This document shows positions 47,773 through 58,400 of a DNA stretch of 64,000 bases, piece after piece. The notes below the pieces were generated by a model, which did no database searches, was not told the origin of the DNA, and was given only the letters and a program-made list of their open reading frames with translations. The position numbers and the translations under genes are program-made. The stretch's first letter is position 1. The number at the start of each line of letters is the position of its first letter. The DNA is from Barthelona sp. PCE (Eukaryota): contig JAUFOR010000008.1 of the NCBI GenBank assembly GCA_040285745.1, positions 682,001-746,000 of the forward strand, written 5' to 3'.

Positions 47773-49299
47773 ATGGACTTCTTGGACGAGCTCTTGGGAG
47801 ATCTTAAACCAACAAAAGCGGTAAAACCAATCGTTGCAGCACGACAACCTGTGGCTGTTTTTGATGACTTTGATGATGAAGACGATTTTGATGACTTCAA
47901 CGAGTCAGAGAGTAGCTTTGATGATCTTTTAGATGTCATTACTAAACCCGCGCAACGTCAATTTCAGCCCAGGAAAACTAACACTGCAAAAGTTGCTCGG
48001 TCACATCAGGGATCAAATCATACATACTCTCCTCCCCAAAGGACAAAGAGCGTTCCACAAAAACTGGTTAAAAACATAGACCCAATGGAACGGTGGCAAG
48101 CGCTGCAAAAGATTGTAACCTTTTCTGAACAGCATTTTAATATTTTAAATATGAGACCCATGACCAAAAGTGAGATGCACAGCCAGGCTCTTATGGATTT
48201 GAGTGTGAAACATGCTCGAACTACAACACAAGAATTCCAAGTTGACTTCAATGGTCAAACTGAGCATCTCCTGAAGAAGAATGTAGGCGTACAGGCGCCA
48301 ATCATGGCTGTAACAGATGTTTCTATGAGCGAAGTTGACGAGCGAAGAAAGTTGGACGAATTTGTTCACAAGGTCACTGCTGTCGTTCTTAATACACTCA
48401 AATCAGTTGGAAAGCTGTCAAATTTAAGCATAATCAACTACGCTGAGACAGCGGATATGACTGTAGCAAACAGCACGTATGATAGTCAATTCGCAGTTGT
48501 TACACGAATATTGAACAAATCGATAGTAGCTGTGTTTGACACCGCTACGATGATAACTAGACGTGAGTTTCATGGAACTGTGACGTGTATTGCTTTCCGC
48601 GGAAACTTTTGTGTTCTGGGATTCGAAGATGGATGCGTTGGTCTTATCAACACAAATCACACGTTTTTTGGTATTGATGCAATGCTTGTCGGTATGCACA
48701 CCATGCGTGTGGAGGCTGTGAGTTTCATTGACGATGAGACGGTGCTATCATGTGATCAGGGAAGCCATGTTTGCAAGTATATTTTGTCAGACTATGCACA
48801 ATCGGTGCTAGCAGGTGGCGAGTTCGGCCTTCAGCTGGCCAAAAGCGCATTCTTGCTCAGCATTCTTGGAAAGGTGCGTGGCATGTGGGGTGAAACCATC
48901 ATCACAGACGATAGTATACTTGTCCTGAACAAACGCAAGGTGTCACTCAATCAACAGTGTTTTCCTCTCGATGGCGGGTGCATTGATGGGGTCAACACCG
49001 CGGCAAACAATTGTATTTTATTGTATTCTCAACACCGCAGTATGAAATATGATATGACACGAAAACAACAAATATTTACACTCGAACCGGTGGGAAACGT
49101 ACCATGCATTGGACTTTTTGAGAATAGAGATCGTTACATACACTTTACACCAATTTCAGTATACGTTTATGATGCATCTGGCAATCAAATCACTCATATG
49201 AAATTTAATGGTGGTCAAATCGTAAAATCTGTCATACAGGTGGGTTCTTTCTTTGTACTCACAGGTCATGATGAGTCATTAATGAAATTTACTATATAA
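47773..49299 (+). CDS. WDR60/DYNC2I1-like dynein-2 intermediate chain (short, divergent WD40)
   Basis: RWQAL...FNILNMRPM...QTE...VGVQAP resembles the WDR60 light-chain-binding region. It is followed by WD40-like blades (VTCIAF, LGFEDGCV). Confidence 0.6.
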   Translation: MDFLDELLGDLKPTKAVKPIVAARQPVAVFDDFDDEDDFDDFNESESSFDDLLDVITKPAQRQFQPRKTNTAKVARSHQGSNHTYSPPQRTKSVPQKLVKNIDPMERWQALQKIVTFSEQHFNILNMRPMTKSEMHSQALMDLSVKHARTTTQEFQVDFNGQTEHLLKKNVGVQAPIMAVTDVSMSEVDERRKLDEFVHKVTAVVLNTLKSVGKLSNLSIINYAETADMTVANSTYDSQFAVVTRILNKSIVAVFDTATMITRREFHGTVTCIAFRGNFCVLGFEDGCVGLINTNHTFFGIDAMLVGMHTMRVEAVSFIDDETVLSCDQGSHVCKYILSDYAQSVLAGGEFGLQLAKSAFLLSILGKVRGMWGETIITDDSILVLNKRKVSLNQQCFPLDGGCIDGVNTAANNCILLYSQHRSMKYDMTRKQQIFTLEPVGNVPCIGLFENRDRYIHFTPISVYVYDASGNQITHMKFNGGQIVKSVIQVGSFFVLTGHDESLMKFTI

Positions 49300-49422
49300 C
49301 TATTTGCAAAAATTTTTGTTTGAGTCTTGAGAAAGAATACATCAAGTTTGTGACACACACACAGTTTAATAAAATTGCAGAAAATTAATTCTTCCATCGC
49401 ACAAGTATTATTCCATTTTTTA

Positions 49423-49430
49423 CCTTTTCA
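49423..49430 (+). promoter_or_regulatory. CCTTTTCA candidate core-promoter/initiator element
   Basis: About 55-65 nt upstream of the giant surface-protein start. Confidence 0.45.
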
Positions 49431-49496
49431 ACGCAGTTGCGCTTCTTTTTTTTTTTTAGTTTCCATGGGGTTAACAGTGAGTATATGCTTAAATAT

Positions 49497-52400
49497 ATGA
49501 ATATAAGAGTTTTTTTGCTGCTTAGTTTGTTCTTCTTAAAAACTTATGCTTCTGTATACGTTTTAACAGAACAATTAATCAAGGATCAGACTTCAATCGG
49601 GAAATCATACTCACATGTTACATTCGAAGATGGAGTTGAACTTAGCGGAGAAGTTTTTCCAAATTTGGAATGCTTCGAACCACTAGATTTGTACTTCCTG
49701 GAACACATGAAGACAATTTGTGGAATATTCCGGAATTTTAAGTCCGTTTACGGACTTACAACAGACACAGTGGAGTTTTGTGAAGATTTTTCGATCACCA
49801 CTAGTGTGTATCAAAATTGGACTATATCTGTTCTTTCATCTGTCTATCCAGTATCACTGCCCACTTTTACGCTTCATGTAGACCAGTTAAACATAACTGG
49901 CACAAAAGTTATTGTGAATCAACTGCTACTATTTGATGAAGCATTTTTCAAAAATGCATTCATCACTGCTCAAGGTGTATTTGCTTATAATCAGTTAATG
50001 ATTGAAGAGACCCTGGTTGGTAATGAACTAACTGTACCCATAACGATCCTTCCCGGAGGTACGTTAAAAATGTATGGTCAAGCAGAAACTCTCAGTATTC
50101 AATTTCTATTACACACAGGTGCAACAGTTGATGGTATCTTAACAACACAACATCATGTATTTGTTAGTAACCACGTTAAATGTACTGAGGGATCTATTGT
50201 AACAGCGTCACATATCATAAAAAAGGATTTTGATCTGTATAATGAAGATTTTGGACTCATTAATACTTATTTCGTTGGATATGAATTTCCAGAATGGTGT
50301 TTTGCACAAACAGACATCGGTTTAGACGAGCACATTGCTGGTTTTGAAGACGAAGCCAAGAAAGCGCTCGTTTCTCGTGAAGGTAACACTATTTCCTTTG
50401 GTGACCGAATATTTGAAAAAGCAGTTCCTAAAACAGTGGAGCATAAACGATATGTTCCCAATTTGAATATCAACAATGCAACTGATATATTCATTGATAC
50501 TGTCTATGCTGGGGATTTCACTGCCATTGGGTCATACATAATTGTGGAAGGGTTGGAATGCGATAGCTTAACTCTTATAGAAACGCCGTTACGGTTCAGA
50601 AAAGCCGACGGTACAGCATCAACTCTTAAAATAGCAACTATATTCGAGACAGATGGTGTAATTCACTTGGAAAATGATGTCATTATTGATGGAAATGCTC
50701 AATTAGGAACTATAGTATGGGGATACGGACACAAATTAACGGTAAATGGTGTATGTTATGTTAATAACAGTATTGTATTGCATGAGTTAACGCTGATGTG
50801 TAGCTCTATTGTGAGAACTGAAAATTCGAACAGATTTATACATTTTGAATTGGAGTATCATACGCTTTTACAAACACAATCTATTGATCTGGGTGTTTTC
50901 TCGCTCTTTTCGACTGACTTATTGTCTGTTTTGGAAGCCCAATTATGCCACATTTCAAACAGCACTACCTTATATTCAGCAAACCTCGTATGCAAGAATC
51001 TGTTTGTTAAAGGTGGTGCTGTGACAGACGGGGTTGCTGCGAGAAACCTTACCTTCAGCGACTTTCACTTTGATATGGAGGAGTGCCCAAAGTTCATTCA
51101 GAAGACTACAGGTAACCTAACTTTTGCTGGAGATACAGACAGTTACAACCGGGAGATAATCCTTTCTCAGTATCTCGCCTACTATGTCCAACACTACCGT
51201 GGCGCGATTGTGCGAACACATACGAACTTAAGGCAAGCTATAACTATTGTGAACTGTGTATTTGATGACCTTCTCATCAATACAAATCACGAAGTTAAGA
51301 TTATGGATTCAACAATCACAAAACTAACACTGATGACGAATATGCGTGTCCGTACAAGTGGTGATGTGAAAGTTGGTGCAATCACAATGTATCATGGGTC
51401 GCGCATCACTGGTGACACGATCCACATTGAGCTGCTGACCATTGATCGTGATATAACTATGGGCCCCTTTAATCTTGCAGTGTATGACAAGATACACTCT
51501 TCAGGAAACCACGTGCTCACAATTATAGACGGGCGCCATATTGCAACAGTTATTGACATGGGATCACCCTTTGGAATTGATGGATCGGGTATTTTTTCTC
51601 CTGAAATGATTATCAACAACGGATCTTGTTCATCTTGTTTGCTGTCAGTTGAAGCCGTGTTGCAAACACCAATAATACAATTAAAAAGCATTCTTCTATA
51701 TGTCAATATTACTGCCAGCATTGAAAAGATAACTATTCAGTACAGTCAAGTGACATGTGCCGGTTTCTGTGAGTTTGGCAGCGTACATATCCGCGAGGGT
51801 GGATCAGTGAGGGTGATGTCAAACTCAGAAACAGATGATGCAATGCTACAGATCAATGATCTGCTCGATATTGACTCTGTTAACGGAGGATTCGCGTCAT
51901 CAAGTTACGTCATCTACATTGCATCATCTGGAACAGCGTACTTTGGTGGAACCGTTAGAGTTGGTGTAGATGCGTATATATACATTGGTAACGCTCTTAT
52001 AATAACTGGAACAGTGTATAATTCGACTGACTGCCATTTGTTCTTGAATTTTTACTGTGCAGTATATCGTTTTTTTGCTCTAAGTGTACCGAGTAACACA
52101 GTTGGTTTAGCTGACGAGTGTAGCACAGTTGAACAACAGAGACGAATGTACTTTCCTTCAAGACCAGACAGGGGGTTTTACCCCACGCCAACAGGTTTTA
52201 GCAGTTTCAAGTTCACAAACAGAAAAATCACCAATCCAGGCAAGTTTCCTGAAACCAATTACGCATACATTGTTATGCCTGATACAGATTTGATAATGGA
52301 TCATTCAAATCACAAAGATTACCCAACGATGATTATAGTTGCACTTCCTGGTGTAACTATTTCAATTTCTGGAGAGTTTCTCATTGAAAGGTGTTATGAA

Positions 52401-55400
52401 TACCGCTACTTTGTTTGTCCAAATGGAAACATTGAAGTTAATTCTGGTTTTAGTTTGACACAACAGAAACATATATCCACTTGCACCAATCAATACTTCT
52501 ACTTTCTTGGAACAGTAACTACAAACTTTGTTACTGCTCGTATGGAACATTTGAAGCTTTTTATTTTCAACGGTGTTATGGATTTCCACACAACAATGAG
52601 CTGGCCGATGACTTTAACGAATTCTAAGCATATTGGAGGACCGTCGGCCGTAATCAAAAGCACAAACGACGCTGCTTTATCAGGGTTCCTGTTTGATGAT
52701 AAGATAACCTTTATTAAGACTGACAATGCTTTTTTAGTAGTACCCAATGCTGATGCTACAATTAATTTAGCTGCAATTCCGGAGATGGAAAATGGCGCAT
52801 ACACCTTGCCAGATTGTCCAAAGTTAATGAGATATGCAACAGATGAACCTATTTTGATCAGGATGGAATCCTCCTGTGCTATAAGGGGACAGTTCCCCGA
52901 ACGCTACCTGAGTCACACTACCATAACGTCTGATGGTGTTGTACACATTGATGCTCTATCACTATCCGCATTGTCGATACAGTCGTATGGTATCATCATC
53001 CATAACCAGTTATTATCCTCGAAAACGGAACAATCTGACATGACAAAGTTGGAAGCCCAATATCTACACGTTGCATATGGTGCGACAGCAAAGTTTAATC
53101 TGCTGAGAATGGACTTCACCGTTAAGGAAACTACTGTTGATGTTGGTGGAATGCTAATTTTTACAGGAGGAGAAGGTAACAAAGCGTCTAACGGCTTATA
53201 CTTCAAACTGTACATGGTATATAATGTGGAGCTGTATGTATATGGGGAAATTAAATTCTTACTTCTGGGCAGCACATCAATAGCCGTCTTTGCCTTCCCT
53301 GAACTTGGAGTGGATGCATCTGAGTGCACCCTACATCAACACATTTATGGGAAGTACACAGTAGGTGATGCGACTACATTCTTACCAACAAGCAGATCAG
53401 TCATGCACGTTTATCCAAGCGCTACACTTATTCTCAACGAAGGTATCATACTAGTTGATGACACGTTCACAAGTTTAGAGACTAGAATGGCTTTCATGTG
53501 TCAGCCTTGGCGGTATATGTGGACCAAGAAGATTGCACACACAGATTTTTGGAACGACCTGGAGTGGTCTGTAATTTTCTCAACCGAATGTCATCGTTCT
53601 GAGCTAATTGTGGAGTGGTACGATGGATTTGAATCGAGTAGCAGAAATTTCAGAGGTGCAGATAAGTTCCCTCGCTTCGCTTCTCTTGTTAGTACACGAA
53701 ACACTTGGCATCTTTTTGAAAACCCTAGTGGACGTTTTTCTTGTGAAAACTGCTTGTTTTATCAAGAAACTGTATCTTATGTTGCCGATACCACGGTGGA
53801 TAATCCCAATAAGCCGGTTAAAGCAATTAGTGGTGCAAAAATCACCAGTGCCAGTACAACAGTCACACACACAGCAACACGTGGCTCTATTCAGTATATT
53901 GGAACGTCCTCAAACGCCGAAGTAGTGGATAAATCAAGTGGTCAGGTTGGAGAAATCATTATTGAAATGAGCGATACCTCTTACGCCAAGTTTGTCAAGC
54001 TTGAGGCATTCGTTTCTTATGAACATGAGTCGATGCTCCTGTCTATCAACAGCCATATTGAGTTTTATATACCGTCAGATGCTGATATCATCAAGTCAAG
54101 AATTCATGTAATGAATAATGGATGGTTATCTCTTTATAGCGCACAGACAGAGGCTATCATCTCTGATATTTCTATTATTGTGCGGGAGGGTGGAACTATC
54201 AACTTTAGAGAGACAACCATCATCCTAGACTCTGAGAATTCATTGTATTTGTACCCAAAATCCACCCTGGACTTTTCTGCAGTTTCAATGTGTGTGTATA
54301 TGATGTTCAAATATGATCACGATATTGATATTGTGATTACAGCTAAACTATTACAAAACTCTTGTAATCCTAAACTTGAGTTTCAAAGTGACTCCAAGTC
54401 CATTACCATTAACTCTCAAAGACCGATACCACTAACAATTGATCTCCTGGGCGTTTCTCATAGCATCTCTATTGGATCTTGTGAAATAATTGACGTAAAC
54501 ATAAATTCGTTTGAGTCTGCCCAGCTCACACTCTTTATACATGGGCGGAAACCGAATTTATTAGGACAAAACATACCCACTTCCTTCCATTTGAGGAGCG
54601 GCATGGAAGTTTGTTCGTTCGATAATTCCGTTGCAGCAGACGTTTTCAGTGGGCAATTTGATGTAGAGTCCATTTGGTATGAAGATCAACCAGGAATGTG
54701 CATTGGAGAAAACGTTCCCATTGATATCGTCTGCGTCAACGTGCTTCCGTGCTCAGAATCCCAAACAATTGTGTTTAAGAAAAACCTAGTGTTGTACAGA
54801 GATATGGATCCTGATATGCCTTCTATTTTTAATCTTATGTGGACCACGGCTGCATCCACGAACATATATGTACACGGTGTAGAGCTGTCTGCTCCTAAAC
54901 CGGTGATAGCTGATACTATTCATTTCAGTAACATCAAGCTAGTCTTCCAGAATTCGCAATCATATCTTGACTGTGGCGACTATATTGCATCAAATGTGTT
55001 TCTAACTTATGAACAGTATCAGGCAGATGATTGTCCAGTTCAAGCCAGCAGATCTGCTGTGATTCATGGTCCCCAACAGTATTTTGCTTCCGTATCAGCA
55101 GCACTGCGTGTTAAAACACCTTATGTTTTAATTTACGATTGTCCAGATCCAATTTTAATTGATTTCCCGTCAATAGTTCGTGCTGGAAAAGCATCGATAG
55201 AATACACTGATACACATGCAGTAGATCTACATGTGTACGGACCATTATCTATACATGGCCCGGCAAAGACAAGCGCAAAGATATACTGTGCACAGTGCGT
55301 GCCTCATCTCCAAACAGAGACGCAGTTGCTTGTTCGATCTGCTGGTGACATAGAGTTGAATTCTTCAGCAAACACAGATAATGTTGTGTTCAGCTCCCCC

Positions 55401-58400
55401 ATGTCATTCCATTCAATATCTGATGACAGGGTGCTCAATGTATCTGATGGTATGTTTTTTGCAAGCCAGACGAACGTAAACTTCACTCTGTCACGTGCAT
55501 TATTAAACATGCATACGTACGCTGAAGGTGTAGCGTTTGTTGATTCAAAAAATTCAACTTTTGTTGTCTATAACACAAGTAGCGAGCCGTACATTACACC
55601 CTTGAACGAAGATACACAGAGTGTTATTGGATATTCTATCCTGAAGCACAATGAATGGAGATATCTTGACCCAGCAGATATGCAGCTGGCCTTATCTTTC
55701 AAGTCATGCGCTGTCACTGAGTTTGCTTTCAGTCACCAGCCACAGAGCGTCATCTGCGTAGGTGACTCATTGACAGATCAAATGCTAGTCTGGATAGAAT
55801 TGAACTGTGGTGTACCTCAGTTAGTACCATTCACAGTTATCAATCGCACTGCTGTTGTGCTAGAGTATCCGTCACATATCGGTCACGGCAACCTTTTCAT
55901 TCAGACAGATGGTATTAATGGACCTGTATTGGACACGTTCATGCATCCACCATCCCTAATCATTAAAACAGGTGACACGGTCTGGGAGGGTGACGTAATC
56001 TCCATCACTGCAGAGTTTGACCTCCAAGGGGGATCTTGTCCTTCATACGAGATGAAACTGGATGATATAACGTTTTCTTTATTGCAAAATGAACTCGTTT
56101 TTGAGGTGCCTGTTGTGTATGGATATGATCGAACACTCTCATTGAGTGTTGATGGCGTTGTTGTTCATCAAGAGGGCATTGATGTCAGACCACCCTCAGT
56201 TGTTGCTGTTGCCTTCCTGTCATATGACGTCATTATGACTCTTTCGTTTATTCCAACAGGAATGATGCCACTTTTGTACGTAAATGATTCTTTGACAGCA
56301 GTGTCTGGAGATGGAAATATGTTTACTCTCAGGAATGCTCTCCAGTCTATATGTTACTCTCAATCAGTGAGTTTAACAGTTGATTTGAGCGGTTACCAGT
56401 ATAACTTTAGCTTTATAGTGGATACTCCCTCACTAAACGGTACTTTCAACCCCAACAGCCAGTCTGCTGAGGTGTTGATCCCTGTTAAGCACTTACAAGC
56501 CGAAAACTGTGGTCTTTCTCTGTTACTTTCCCCAATACAGTATATTTCTGGATACAGTGCAAGAGTTAATGGAAGTGGAGTTGTATTAGCGGTTGATGCT
56601 GTGGATATGATCACAGTTGCGACCAGTAATGGTAGTTCAACAGCTTCGGTAATCTTTCCGTTACCAGTTGTGTTGAACGTTGATGGATTAGAGTCACCAA
56701 AGTTTCCGACGACAGGAAGCACAATGACTGTGTCTGGATCCCACTTTGGATTCAAACACACTGCCGGACTACTGTCAGTTGAAGGTATGGACTGCATATT
56801 CTCATCGATGGAGGAGCTAGTGTGTTCTCTACCGCCTGGCACCGGTAAAAACCACAGAGTTTTGGTCAAGCTAGCATCACAAGCAGCCGAACCATTTACT
56901 TTCTCGTTTAAACCTCCCATAATAACACACACAAAGCCAATGTTTGCTTACTGCTCAATTCCGACACGACTGACGCTCTTTGGTAGTAACTTCGGAAGAT
57001 GGGATGACCGCGTTGATGTGATTGTTGATGGTTATGTAATCAGTGTCAGTAGCGTGGATCACACATCAGCAACTGTACTCATTCCGCCTCGTGCGGCAGG
57101 GTGTGATGGAACTGATCTACGTTCTTCAATGATCGTTAGTGTTGATGCGCAGAGCGTTGGTCACTCAATTCAATATGCAACTGTGAGCGATCCATCACCG
57201 CTTTTCTGTCGCAGAGGCGCATGCACCGTTTACTTCAGCGCTCCTGCAACTATGAACATTGACCAAGTCAAGCTTTCCGATGCAACATTCAAGTGCGACA
57301 AGACCAATAAGTTTTCCTACAAGTGTAGTGTTTCTGCTGGACCTGGTGTGTACAGAACATACGTACATGATGCATTGGGTGGTGGATGGCTCCGCACAGC
57401 TGACATTACATTCTTTGATGTGCATACTTCCAATGTAATCGCTCCGCTTCAATCTGCAACCGTTAAAGTTGAGGGTATCCTCATCGATTCAGATGTAACC
57501 GTCATCCAAAAACCGTCTGGTGATAGGGGTTTGGTTCCAGCGTATGGTTCATTCTTCTGGACGACCATACGTTCCGATACAACAACCGTATCATATTCTG
57601 TTGGAGATTCGCTACTTGTTGAAGATTTGATATCGGTGAAGCGGTTAACAGCAAGGACAGATGATGTACTGTATTCTATCGAAGAGATTGAAACAGCTAA
57701 ACTAATCATTGAGGTTAGCGTTGAGATTCTTTGGGAGGTGCAATTGGTTTTTGATAGCACCCCTGTAACTTGTCAATGGCATGGTGTCAGAATGTATACA
57801 TGTCCCTTCCCCGCATCAGGAACGTCTGCTGCTCCTGTTCTGTCGTTGTATGTCAGTGAAAATACACTTAGCATTCCCGTTCAAGGTCGTGTTGAGGTTT
57901 ACTCAGTTCACACAGTCAGTGAGAATATACTGCTCACAGGTGCAATAACCAAAATTACATTGAATGGAGAGTATCTACCAACTACAAGCCTGTATTGCGG
58001 TACTGATACTTTCACATGCGATTTTAACTCATCATCTTCAGTCTTTTGTGAAGTTATCTTTTTGAATTCGGGTCTAGTGAAGTGTTTATATGGTACAACA
58101 ACTGTGCCACCTCTTTCACTGGAGAAACCATTGGTTATTGACCTTCCCACGCGTGTTCCCGCTAACACACGCATATCAGTGTATTATACAGTACTACCAG
58201 TTGGATCAACACTAATTACCAATGAAGCTCCTGTCACAACACACCTCCCACCGCTGACTGCAGGCGACCACATTGTGCAGGTGTGTCTGGCAAGTAGCTG
58301 TGTTGATGTCACCATTATCACAGTTGTGAACCTGACAATATCCCTCGACGAACCCATCATTAACGTTGCGGAATCTCTTTTGGTGAGGATCATTGTTGAA

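Noticed and set aside
11585-49299. Functional clustering of flagellar, lipid or DNA-repair genes as an operon-like system
   Set aside because: Members are interspersed with unrelated genes on both strands, which is compatible with chance in a gene-dense genome.
49459-49475. X-box-like GTTTCCATGGGGTTAAC
   Set aside because: Imperfect second half-site, and nothing similar was seen before the actual ciliary genes.
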